Part shown: in pieces, positions 27,814-37,118 of the stretch | Numbering within the stretch: position 1 is the first letter of the stretch | Layout of the letters: the number at the start of each line of letters is the position of its first letter | Virus record (IMG/VR): IMGVR_UViG_3300043256_000236 | Span: 62,001 to 122,944 of that record | Reading direction: 5' to 3' (one strand) | Source: an uncultured virus (IMG/VR IMGVR_UViG_3300043256_000236) | Lineage: Duplodnaviria; Heunggongvirae; Uroviricota; Caudoviricetes | DNA: 60,944 bases | Translations under genes and position numbers: made by a program | The notes under the pieces: model-generated | Databases searched by the model: none | What the model saw: only the letters and a program-made list of their open reading frames with translations | Told to the model about the DNA's origin: nothing

Positions 27814-28374
27814 CTAAACCCTTAAGATAACCTCAATAAAAGCTTCTGCTCCCATCTGAGTTTGGTCAACGTTACCCAGTGAATAATCATAGTCCGTATC
27901 TACTATTTTTACAGACAATATGTCAACATCAAACTGTTTCAACCATGATTGAATGTGAATAGATTTGGGCAACTGACTGCATGTCTTCATGGTGAAAGAC
28001 CATAAATGACTTTTGTTAAAAGTACTGGGCCACTTGTCGTGTTCATATAATGTTTCGTCGGGGACAGTAAAGAAAACAATCCCGCCCGGCCTTACAATTC
28101 GTATCCACGATTTAAGTGCTTGAGCAGGATCGCCGATGTGTTCTAGGCAATTCGATGAATAGGCGAAGTCAACACTGTCATCTTTCATTTCTCCCATCGT
28201 TTGAGCTTCATGGGCACTGCTATGGTGCAACTTATCATAAGGGATCACGTTGCCGTCAATAATTTGCAGGATGTCTTTACCACATCCTATGTCTATTCCA
28301 TTACCACAAAGATACCTATGAAAATATCCAGCTGCTAAGCGACGAGGATATCCTTTTCTTGTTTCGTTACTCAT
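27814..28374 (-). CDS. Class I SAM methyltransferase
   Basis: GIDIGCG..DFAYSSNCLEHI..WIRIVRPGG..VPD; ATG after RBS GGAGGA. Confidence 0.85.
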   Translation of the reverse strand: MSNETRKGYPRRLAAGYFHRYLCGNGIDIGCGKDILQIIDGNVIPYDKLHHSSAHEAQTMGEMKDDSVDFAYSSNCLEHIGDPAQALKSWIRIVRPGGIVFFTVPDETLYEHDKWPSTFNKSHLWSFTMKTCSQLPKSIHIQSWLKQFDVDILSVKIVDTDYDYSLGNVDQTQMGAEAFIEVILRV

Positions 28375-29057
28375 AATTCCTCCTCTTGTACATGATGATA
28401 TGGTGCCCACTCTGGTACAATTCGTTCACTATAAGATGGTGAGTCTAGAATATGCCGTATATACACGCTACTTTGTATTCGTTGACTGACAGCCATTATA
28501 CTTATTATTCCTTGAAATGTTGTGACGTGTTGGGCCATGCTTACAACACCAAGTGCTTCCAATAAAGATGTTTTATTGGTTAAATTAATAACGTTATCGC
28601 CTTTTATCTTCTTAGCTGTCTCACTTGTTCCTAAAACTACAACTGGGTAGCATGAATTTTTAATTGTTGTATCTATGATTTTTTCAGTCAATATTCTTTT
28701 TTGATCTGGTCTACCAGATCGTGGATTCAAGACAACATAATGTTCTGGTAAATCAGATACTTTAGGGAAAACAAAGTTTGGGAAGACACACCAGTCGTCT
28801 GGGGAAGATAGTATTTTACCAAATTTCTTATGAGGTGTAAAAGCAGAGTATATTCTTGGGTTTATTGTGTCTGGTTTGTCTACAAACTCCACACGTATAT
28901 TTGGCATTAACGAGTAAATTTGTCTAATCAATCCTTGCCATTTTTTGTTATCTGTGTGGTGTCTACATAGAATATGCTCTATCTTCGCAACGTGATATAG
29001 AATACATAAATTTATATATGTATCTCCAATTGTACCGCTACATCCGTAAGTTTTCAT
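28371..29057 (-). CDS. GT9-like glycosyltransferase
   Basis: GTIGDT..YVVLNP..VVVLG..INLTNKTSLLEALGVV. Confidence 0.6.
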   Translation of the reverse strand: MKTYGCSGTIGDTYINLCILYHVAKIEHILCRHHTDNKKWQGLIRQIYSLMPNIRVEFVDKPDTINPRIYSAFTPHKKFGKILSSPDDWCVFPNFVFPKVSDLPEHYVVLNPRSGRPDQKRILTEKIIDTTIKNSCYPVVVLGTSETAKKIKGDNVINLTNKTSLLEALGVVSMAQHVTTFQGIISIMAVSQRIQSSVYIRHILDSPSYSERIVPEWAPYHHVQEEEL

Positions 29058-30018
29058 CTTGTAACTCCTTGAGCGAACACACGGCAGTACCGGTTTTACC
29101 CACGACAATTCCTGCCGCCAGGTTGCTTAATTTGACAGCTTGTTGCAAATTGTAGTCATTGGCGACACAAGCTGCAAAAGTGCTTAATACAGTATCTCCT
29201 GCTCCTGTTACATCAAGTATCATTTGTGGATCATCTCGATTGATAGATATGTGTGCTGGGAAAATATGTGACTGTCCTTCTTGATCAAGTAAGAAAATAC
29301 CATCATGCGACATAGTGATTATAACCGCTTTTAAGTTGAATTTTTTCTTAATGGCGTGAGCCAAATCTTGTACTGTCTCATTATTGTCAGACACTACCAG
29401 TTGCTTAGCTTCAGCGAGGTTAGGTGTAATACAAAATACATCACAGAACAATTCACTATTGACTGGCTTGATGTCACATATAATTGGACATACAAATGAC
29501 GATCTGATTACTTTCATTACTTTATCCGTAACAGTTCCTTTAGCATAATCAGACACAACTATTACATCAAAGTGTTGCTGTTGACTAAGTTTCTTTAGAT
29601 GTTCTATCATTGTAGACTCATGTCTTTTTCTGTGCGATAAGGTTTTTATTGTTGAATCATCATCGTATCGTACCATATGCTGTCTATTTGCAATAATACG
29701 TGTTTTAGAGATAGATGGAGCAGTTGAAAAAATTAAATTATTACATCCAATCAGATGTATCTTCAATTGTTGTTTTAGTTGATTTCCTGTGTAGTCGTCA
29801 CCAATATACCCTACAAGTTTAACATTACATCCGAATGATTTAAGATTTACCGCCACATTTGCTGCTCCACCAGCAGCGACATTTTCTTTAGATATAAGAA
29901 CAACAGGAACAGGTGCTTCTGGAGATATACGGGTAGCTGTACCATACTTGTAAATATCAAGCATAATATCTCCAATCACTAAAATTCGTGCATCATTGAA
30001 TGTCAATGATTGTGTCAT
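29038..30018 (-). CDS. rfaE1: D-glycero-D-manno-heptose-7-phosphate kinase (HldE/RfaE kinase domain only)
   Basis: LVIGDIMLD.Y.YG...RISPEAPVPV, GGAANVA.NL, SDYAKG, TPNL.EA, DVTGAGDTV, N.AAGIVVGK.GTA. Confidence 0.9.
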   Translation of the reverse strand: MTQSLTFNDARILVIGDIMLDIYKYGTATRISPEAPVPVVLISKENVAAGGAANVAVNLKSFGCNVKLVGYIGDDYTGNQLKQQLKIHLIGCNNLIFSTAPSISKTRIIANRQHMVRYDDDSTIKTLSHRKRHESTMIEHLKKLSQQQHFDVIVVSDYAKGTVTDKVMKVIRSSFVCPIICDIKPVNSELFCDVFCITPNLAEAKQLVVSDNNETVQDLAHAIKKKFNLKAVIITMSHDGIFLLDQEGQSHIFPAHISINRDDPQMILDVTGAGDTVLSTFAACVANDYNLQQAVKLSNLAAGIVVGKTGTAVCSLKELQDENLRM

Positions 30019-31649
30019 GCCTGTCTCCTCACAACAGAAATACCAAAGGTATAAAGTCCTCTTACAGACCTCTCTTTTCTGTTTGCAATATCGACGTTGC
30101 TGAAGTCGGTGTCACCGACTCTTACAACCCCCATTTGCTTTAACGGTTTGAGGATTCGTTCTTCAAACGTCTCTGGGGTGTAAACCCTAGAATCTGTATG
30201 GGAACCAACAGGTCTATCCAAAACGATGGTCCTGTTTGCGTCTGGATACTCGATATATTTGTCGTAGAAATCCGTAGAGATCACCATAACGCCACCCGGT
30301 TTCAGATAACGAGCGAGATTCTGTATTGCCTTTGTATCTTCGTCAATGTGTTCAATGACACTTAGGTTAGTTATCAAATCAAATTGACCTTCTAGATCTT
30401 GGTCGAATTCTCTTAGGTCTCCGATGATACTCTTTACGCCAAACTTATCTCCAGTCTCATCTCTATAAGATCCATCAGAAACATCAATTGTTGTAACATT
30501 GTATCCCCTGTGTGACAGATAATATGGGAATACCGAGCGGGCACTACCTACATCTAGCGTCTTGCCTCTGATTCTGTGTCCTGAATATAACAAACTATAA
30601 GCATATTCGAACCACTTCAATTCATTACACTCTAACGAGTGTTCTATTCCAAATAATTTAATGTCTGCAAACAAACTCTCTATCTCAGGCAATTCCCTTT
30701 CTCTCTTGTCATAAAGCTTAGTCAACACTTGAGGCTTGGCGGTTTTATTCTTGACACACCCAACCCTTGGGACATCGCACCAATTACACAGCCCATAATG
30801 ACGACAAGTAACAGCTTTGTCTGGTACTGGCTTGAAGTTTTTAACATTACAGACCGGTCCAATATTGTAGTACATCTTATAATGACAGTGATAGTAGTCA
30901 CCATTAGGCCCAATAATCAAGCTTCTTCTAGGATGAAAACACTGGGCTTCTTTTCCAGTTGCCTGTCCGCATATGTGTCTATAAGCAGCCAAGTCTGTTA
31001 AACCACATCTTTCCCCTACTCGCTTTAAGTCGTGATAATTTTCATCTGGCATCAAGTTCCCTTGATCAAAAGGAGCATTGAAACCATTTGCGTCATCATG
31101 AAATCCCAAGAACGAACCTTCGGTCATAGAAATATTTGCACTAACCTTTTTTATCTCATTTCCGTATTGTTCCATGACTCCTGGCGCATATACGAATGAT
31201 GTTTGATCAACAAAGTATGAACCCTTTCTCCATTTTGCAATGACAGCTAAGTATTCATCTGCGGTAATGTGATTGGGATGAAATGTTGTGTTAATTCTAA
31301 GTGTCGAAGTTGGATGAACTTTGAACCTCTTGTCGAAATCGGGGTCTTTATAAAATGGACTTTTGCAGTTGGTCGTCATTGTGATGTTGTAGTTCTTCAG
31401 ACCGTTTATGATTTCAACAATATCTGGATGTAGAGTCGGTTCTCCACCAATGATGGACAATTTTTGTCCATGCTCGTGTTCAACTCCGTTCCACCACTCC
31501 AGGATTTCCTTTCCACTCATTTCCTTTTGTGATACTCTACGACCTCTTCCATTGAGAATACAGAATGGGCATCCAGCACTACAACGTAGTGTGATCATAT
31601 GCGCCCAATAACACCTCTGGTGATTATAATGTGATGGCAGCTTAGTCAT
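30015..31649 (-). CDS. Radical SAM enzyme fused to a C-terminal class I methyltransferase
   Basis: CSAGCPFC, GGEPTLHP, TTN; Cys-rich SPASM/twitch-like segment; LDVGSA..FDLITNLSVIEHI..LKPGG. Confidence 0.8.
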   Translation of the reverse strand: MTKLPSHYNHQRCYWAHMITLRCSAGCPFCILNGRGRRVSQKEMSGKEILEWWNGVEHEHGQKLSIIGGEPTLHPDIVEIINGLKNYNITMTTNCKSPFYKDPDFDKRFKVHPTSTLRINTTFHPNHITADEYLAVIAKWRKGSYFVDQTSFVYAPGVMEQYGNEIKKVSANISMTEGSFLGFHDDANGFNAPFDQGNLMPDENYHDLKRVGERCGLTDLAAYRHICGQATGKEAQCFHPRRSLIIGPNGDYYHCHYKMYYNIGPVCNVKNFKPVPDKAVTCRHYGLCNWCDVPRVGCVKNKTAKPQVLTKLYDKRERELPEIESLFADIKLFGIEHSLECNELKWFEYAYSLLYSGHRIRGKTLDVGSARSVFPYYLSHRGYNVTTIDVSDGSYRDETGDKFGVKSIIGDLREFDQDLEGQFDLITNLSVIEHIDEDTKAIQNLARYLKPGGVMVISTDFYDKYIEYPDANRTIVLDRPVGSHTDSRVYTPETFEERILKPLKQMGVVRVGDTDFSNVDIANRKERSVRGLYTFGISVVRRQA

Positions 31650-32442
31650 CTAAAATTCCTTTGTCTAGCAAAGTATCAACATTTTGTACCACTTCTTTTG
31701 GAGATGGCACCCTATTCTGACAAATAAACTCTACCGGAGTGTTAAACGGATTCCATAGTTTCTTGTATCTTTTTTCGAGTGTGTGGTGTATGGATGCTAT
31801 CCATGTAACATGAGGACACCCACATAAACTTGCAAGATGTATGGGTCCGCTACTTGGTCCGACAACACACTTTGCTGAGGATATTGCGCTGCACTGTTTT
31901 TCCAGTGATTGGCCTCTCAAATCTTCTGCACCATCTGGACAATAATTATCGACACCTCCGAAACAAGCAACAGATAAACCCCGCGATATTAGTATTTCAA
32001 CCAAATGTTGACATTTACCAAAGGGATATTGTTTACCTGATATTATTTTCCCATCAATACGTTTAATAGGGCGAAATGCACATAAAACATCAGCTACATA
32101 CCCTGGAGATTCTGGTGACAAGTTTCTCCATAATCGCTTGGTCGATATTCTTTCTGGTTCATCACTGTGTTTGGCAAATTCTTTGTGGGGCGACAATGTT
32201 TTATCTGCATTTATTATTGGATAATCACCCAATAGCTGGCCATCACAATAAGAAGTACCAATAGTATCAAGTGGTATAAATTTGTCTGCAAATTCATATA
32301 AGTATTGTGACCCTTTTGGCGCTGCGACTATTACATGATTATATTTTTTAGCATGATATCTCACCAATGGATTATAAAAACATAATTCCCATCCAAATTC
32401 CCCAACCCAGGGTTTACAATATAATGCTGTCATTCTTTTCAC
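31642..32442 (-). CDS. GT9-like glycosyltransferase
   Basis: GEFGWEL..KQYP..DLRGQSL..VVGPSSGPIHLASLCGCP. Confidence 0.7.
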   Translation of the reverse strand: MKRMTALYCKPWVGEFGWELCFYNPLVRYHAKKYNHVIVAAPKGSQYLYEFADKFIPLDTIGTSYCDGQLLGDYPIINADKTLSPHKEFAKHSDEPERISTKRLWRNLSPESPGYVADVLCAFRPIKRIDGKIISGKQYPFGKCQHLVEILISRGLSVACFGGVDNYCPDGAEDLRGQSLEKQCSAISSAKCVVGPSSGPIHLASLCGCPHVTWIASIHHTLEKRYKKLWNPFNTPVEFICQNRVPSPKEVVQNVDTLLDKGILDD

Positions 32443-33068
32443 CCTCTCGTTGGAGTTGTTAATGCCTTATTAATTGACCAATGACCCCTAACGAGTCGCT
32501 CTCGTATAGTCCTTTTGTTAATACCGGTTTCTTCTGCCCAAGCCGAGATGCATTGCGTTTTTTTGTTAAACGTAATCATATAATTACTACGTTTATTTCT
32601 GCTATTTTCTTTGGGTGTTGTCCATCGACAATTTTCTTTACAATAATTTCCATCGTTGTCGATTCTATCTATCTGCAAACCAATTGGGACTTCACCCATA
32701 TCATCTAAGAAATTCTTAAATTTTTTCCATCGATCACAGATAATGATCCCTCTGCCACCATAATTCTTCCAATGCTGATCATTTTGGTTGGTACATCTTT
32801 GTATAATGCTTGACCATACATTGTAAGTTTTTCTTGTTCTACCAGCATCGTTTTTTGTATGGCCGTGTTTAACATTGTTACCTTTTCTACGTAGACATCC
32901 GCAGCTTTTAGTATTACCTCTTTTCAAACTATTCCCACAAATTATCTTTTCATTGCCACAATCACATTTACACAGCCATTCATAATGACCATCACTACTT
33001 TTCCCTGTCGGCTTAATCACGACTAATTTATTAAATTTCTTACCAGTTAGATCTATAAAATTTGACAT
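32439..33068 (-). CDS. Free-standing phage HNH homing endonuclease
   Basis: DLTGKKF..WLCKCDCG..SCGC..YGGRGI..IDRIDNDGNYCKENCRW. Confidence 0.85.
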   Translation of the reverse strand: MSNFIDLTGKKFNKLVVIKPTGKSSDGHYEWLCKCDCGNEKIICGNSLKRGNTKSCGCLRRKGNNVKHGHTKNDAGRTRKTYNVWSSIIQRCTNQNDQHWKNYGGRGIIICDRWKKFKNFLDDMGEVPIGLQIDRIDNDGNYCKENCRWTTPKENSRNKRSNYMITFNKKTQCISAWAEETGINKRTIRERLVRGHWSINKALTTPTRG

Positions 33069-33074
33069 AATATA

Positions 33075-33812
33075 TCATCTTAAAGTATGACCATCTCTAG
33101 TATATATTGTCACACCATTTCTATCAATGACCCTATTGACGTTTAGATGATCCATCAACATATTGAGGTGATATTGCATACGTTTATTCCTGTGATTAAA
33201 ATAGTTTTGATCTCTAATTGGCATATGCCCAGTGACTATACCAGGAGTATACACAATATTCAACTTCCCTAAAGCACGACAAAAAAACGGAATATGATCA
33301 CATGTCTTGAACAAAGCACTCCATCCACCAATTCCCCTGATCTTTTCTGTTCTACCCATCCAGAACTGAAGAACAATATCCCATAGATCAAAGTTTCTTA
33401 GTCGACTGCGCGGATTTGGCTTAAAAATAAGCGCATTGTCTTCTATGTGGAGTGAACTTTGATACTGGGGGTGGCCATCAACTTGTCCTCCTACAATGTC
33501 GATTTCTGTATTGTTTTCGAGAATTTCCAACCATTTTGATAATTGTGTCCTGTCATTAAAAATAAAATCATCATCAAGAGTTACTACATACGGCGTATCA
33601 ACCTTACTAAGTGCAAGATTACGGCCAGCCGAAACACCACTATCGTACGGCATTAATAGATGTTCTGCTCCTGTAATAGAATGTGGTTTAGCACTGTCAT
33701 CTGCTACAATTATTCTAATATCAGGATACATCATTCTGATGCTATAAATCAGCCTATCTACACATCTAGGTCGTTCAAATGTTTTGACTATCAGAGTTAC
33801 TTTGTCTCGCAT
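33075..33812 (-). CDS. GT-A glycosyltransferase resembling beta-1,4-GalNAc transferases (GT12-like)
   Basis: VTLIVKTFER..LIYSIR..YP..IIVADDS..MPYDSG.SAGRNLAL..VDTPY..LDDDFIF..IDIVGG. Confidence 0.75.
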   Translation of the reverse strand: MRDKVTLIVKTFERPRCVDRLIYSIRMMYPDIRIIVADDSAKPHSITGAEHLLMPYDSGVSAGRNLALSKVDTPYVVTLDDDFIFNDRTQLSKWLEILENNTEIDIVGGQVDGHPQYQSSLHIEDNALIFKPNPRSRLRNFDLWDIVLQFWMGRTEKIRGIGGWSALFKTCDHIPFFCRALGKLNIVYTPGIVTGHMPIRDQNYFNHRNKRMQYHLNMLMDHLNVNRVIDRNGVTIYTRDGHTLR

Positions 33813-36172
33813 TCTTGCACCTCTTTGAATTCTTCGTCTAACACAGAATCTGCTGATTCTCCATTAATTAGATCCATCGCTTTCCATAGCTTATCCAACG
33901 CTACGACCCCCAGAAAATCGAATTTCACCGCCCCCATAGCTTCTGCATCAGACATCTCTAGACCGACAACTCTATCTTTATTTTTGGCATCATAAACCAT
34001 TGGTACAAGTTCTTCTATGGGCCTATCTGCTATAACGACACCAGCAGCATGTTTTGATTGTGATTTTTTAGTACCTTCGATTCTCATAGCCTGATCAAAC
34101 AACGGCTTATACCACTCGTAAGCATCTTTTACTTGTTCAATATGGTGTATCGCCCATTGTAAGATACCATAATCGTCACCATGATCTTCTCTTGCTTGCC
34201 TTAACTCATCAGATATAGACGCCTCATCAGGTATATGACGTGTAATATCGTTACATAAATCATGGGGAGTCATACATATATCATCTGCGTTCTTTCCCTC
34301 TTTGATTGATTTCACTTTCATAAGATGCTTGACAGTATCTGGATGAGCACGGAACACTTCTTTCAAAGCTGCTTTACCCTGGAGTCTTCCGAACGTAATC
34401 ATTTGCGCAACGTATTCTTCACCCCATCTCTTTTTCAGATACGTAATGACTTCGTTGCGAAACACAACCCCTATATCCGTATCAATATCAGGAAGGCTAA
34501 TATGACCCTTATGGATAGTTACATCTTTGTTGGTGTCCAATTCACAAGATTCAACTATTGTTATACCAAGACCATGTGCCAAATGTGAGTTAGATGGATT
34601 AGTAGACGGCTTCTCTTTGATCATATCAGCCAAGTACATCCACATACGAGAATTATTGGCATCAATCCATTCAACTTCCTTCCTCATCATATCCGTAAAC
34701 ACCACGGGGTCAAATGGATCTTTACAATATTGTTCTATTCGTCCAGCCAGGTGAAGAGAGACATATTTCCTGTCTGAGTCTATATCCCTTGTGTGTAATA
34801 GTTCAAAGTTATCAGACATCCAAGACATGAAACTAGTATGCCCGACATCAAAGTGAGGTGGTATGTTACGACTCATATTATAGAATCTTTCAAAATACAA
34901 ACCGTATTTGATCGGATCTATTCCTGTTATTCCTGTTAGATAATTGATAAGTGATCCTGCTCCAGAACCTCGTCCCTTGCCTCTTGGTCCGTTGGATTCG
35001 TCTACGAACTTACATGCATCCCAAACTATAAGAAAATAATCTGCTAATCCGGCCTCTTGGATGACTATGAGTTCCCTTTTTAATCTTTTCCAATATGTAG
35101 CCTTTTGTGATTGATCAAGATGGGACAACTTTTCCTTAGCACCTTCTATACACAGGTGTTTGAGATATTCTATAGAATTCATGCCAAGTTTTTTAGACTC
35201 ATCATTTGTAAAAATTGGCAAATACGGATTATGGCCAAGCGATGAGTATTCTATACGATCTGCTATGTCTAATGTCGCTTGCAGTTCTGCTTCCGTAAAT
35301 GTCTCCCGCATTTCTTCGTATGACGGTATATAGTACTTATCAGAAACAAAAAAGTCCATTACATCTTGGCCGGTGGAGATTTTGTAGTCTTGCGCCTCTT
35401 TTGTTGTATGGAGACTTGCATACAAAAGCAATCGTTGGTCCTCAGCATCTTCTTGTCTACAATAATGGGCATCAATGGTGGCGACTGTGGGAACACCAGT
35501 TTCTATACTTAGCTCACGGAGACATTCGACAACCACAGTTTGAATTCCCATCGATTCGTCCTGTAATTCTAAATAATAATTGTCTTTTCCGAATATCTCT
35601 ATATGCTTTTGAATTATTGCTTTGCCAACTTCTAACCAATCTGGTTTTAGATACTTTCTAGCCTCAGCAACATTGTGATTACGACCAGCCATGATAGCTT
35701 CTTTAAAATCTATAAACAGCTCCATAGATAACTCCCCTGCGATGCACGCAGTCAGGAATATGAGATTTCTACGTTTTGCGAATTTAGCTATGCCAGTCAG
35801 ATCTATTCTAGGTTTTCGATAGAAGTGGTCCGGTTTATTAGTTTCAGATACCAACCGCATTAAATCTTCGATTCCTTGATCGTTTTTAGCAAGAACTATT
35901 AAGTGATGTCTTTTGTTGTTGGCGTTGTTTTTTATAGTTGGGTCTTGTTCACAGACATATAGTTCACATCCGATAATGGGTTTGATTTTTGCTTTTCGTG
36001 CTGCATCATAGAATGTCTTCATACAGCTTATATTTCCATGGTCTGAAATTGTGCAAGCAGGAAGTCCCAACTCAACACATCTGTTAACTATGTCTTTTGG
36101 TGAACAAAGTCCGTCCAATAAACTAAAGTATGAATGTAAATGAAGTGGGACATATGTTTTTGTATTATTCAT
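33797..36172 (-). CDS. dnaE: DNA polymerase III alpha, N-terminal half (PHP, palm, thumb)
   Basis: LHLHSYFSLLDG, SDHGN, GCELY, KPRID, DAHY, GRGSGAGSL, FERF, PDIDTD, HAAGVVI, KFDFLG; ends about 35 aa after KFDFLG. Confidence 0.93.
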   Translation of the reverse strand: MNNTKTYVPLHLHSYFSLLDGLCSPKDIVNRCVELGLPACTISDHGNISCMKTFYDAARKAKIKPIIGCELYVCEQDPTIKNNANNKRHHLIVLAKNDQGIEDLMRLVSETNKPDHFYRKPRIDLTGIAKFAKRRNLIFLTACIAGELSMELFIDFKEAIMAGRNHNVAEARKYLKPDWLEVGKAIIQKHIEIFGKDNYYLELQDESMGIQTVVVECLRELSIETGVPTVATIDAHYCRQEDAEDQRLLLYASLHTTKEAQDYKISTGQDVMDFFVSDKYYIPSYEEMRETFTEAELQATLDIADRIEYSSLGHNPYLPIFTNDESKKLGMNSIEYLKHLCIEGAKEKLSHLDQSQKATYWKRLKRELIVIQEAGLADYFLIVWDACKFVDESNGPRGKGRGSGAGSLINYLTGITGIDPIKYGLYFERFYNMSRNIPPHFDVGHTSFMSWMSDNFELLHTRDIDSDRKYVSLHLAGRIEQYCKDPFDPVVFTDMMRKEVEWIDANNSRMWMYLADMIKEKPSTNPSNSHLAHGLGITIVESCELDTNKDVTIHKGHISLPDIDTDIGVVFRNEVITYLKKRWGEEYVAQMITFGRLQGKAALKEVFRAHPDTVKHLMKVKSIKEGKNADDICMTPHDLCNDITRHIPDEASISDELRQAREDHGDDYGILQWAIHHIEQVKDAYEWYKPLFDQAMRIEGTKKSQSKHAAGVVIADRPIEELVPMVYDAKNKDRVVGLEMSDAEAMGAVKFDFLGVVALDKLWKAMDLINGESADSVLDEEFKEVQECETK

Positions 36173-37118
36173 TATCTACTCCCGGTTTTCCAATTGCTAG
36201 CTGCTGTTCGTATGTCAACTTGGCATATTTGTTTTTCACAAAGTCTCCTCCAGAAGTATGTAAATCGCTCCACACCCTATCACAGATACCATTGCGACCG
36301 AAAGAACACATCTTACAAGACCAGTGCTTATTTCTTCGTATCAACGTATCGTTCTTTACAGTTCTTAAAAAGTCATAGAGAAACTCGACGGTACCAATAA
36401 GATCATTGCGAGATAATGCAATTGTTATTGGGCCACCACTATTAGCATAAAAGAAGGTGATAATTATATTCTTGTATTGTGGATAAAGAAAGAATGCTGC
36501 TAGGTGGTATAGTCTAGGTTGTACTTCTCTCATCAGAACTTTTTCGTCAATTGGTTCCTGTGTATGAAAATTTGTTCTATTACCAGATTTCCAGTCTATT
36601 ATTTCTAAAGTATCTTTGTCTATTTCACGGGTTAGATCAATGAAACCTCGCACAGTAAACTGTTTCTCTTCTCCTTCATTATTTGAGCATTTCCATTCTT
36701 CTCCAGGCATCTCCAGAGAAAACCATTGTTCTGCTTCTAATACATCTACTAAATAGGGATTATAAAATTCATCAGCAAGTACGGTCTCAAGAGCAACTCT
36801 ACACTTCTTGAAGTCAGCAGCTTCCTTTAGGGCACCAGTTTCTCTATCTACACGAGTAGTAACTTTCCTGATCTGTATTTCTGGAGAATTTTGAGTGTGC
36901 TCGTCCCATGCTCTATTCAGCAACCACATCGGATCAACATTGGTTTTGCCACGTTTTTTTAGCCGAGCCATCCATTCCAGAGCCTGATGTATGATGCTAC
37001 CCTGAAGAGCCGCCTTACCAGTTTTAGATTCTAGACCTAAAAGGTAATGCAGATAATAAGCGAATTGGCAATGATTATATGTCCCAATTGCACTAGAGCT
37101 ACATCTTACAATTTTCAT
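36165..37118 (-). CDS. Cas4/AddB-like PD-(D/E)xK exonuclease
   Basis: CQFAYY..GSIIHQALE..RGFIDL..IIDWKSG..LYHLA..CKMC..C. Confidence 0.8.
   Translation of the reverse strand: MKIVRCSSSAIGTYNHCQFAYYLHYLLGLESKTGKAALQGSIIHQALEWMARLKKRGKTNVDPMWLLNRAWDEHTQNSPEIQIRKVTTRVDRETGALKEAADFKKCRVALETVLADEFYNPYLVDVLEAEQWFSLEMPGEEWKCSNNEGEEKQFTVRGFIDLTREIDKDTLEIIDWKSGNRTNFHTQEPIDEKVLMREVQPRLYHLAAFFLYPQYKNIIITFFYANSGGPITIALSRNDLIGTVEFLYDFLRTVKNDTLIRRNKHWSCKMCSFGRNGICDRVWSDLHTSGGDFVKNKYAKLTYEQQLAIGKPGVDNE

Noticed and set aside
23756..33812. Bacterial chromosomal LPS locus or host contamination
   Set aside because: The cassette overlaps the phage-type dnaE-N stop, contains a phage HNH, and lacks transport and lipid-carrier genes
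23640..33900. Split intein or intron joining the dnaE halves
   Set aside because: No intein N-terminal block or HN/C end at either junction; the intervening 10 kb is fully protein-coding and dnaE-C has its own promoter
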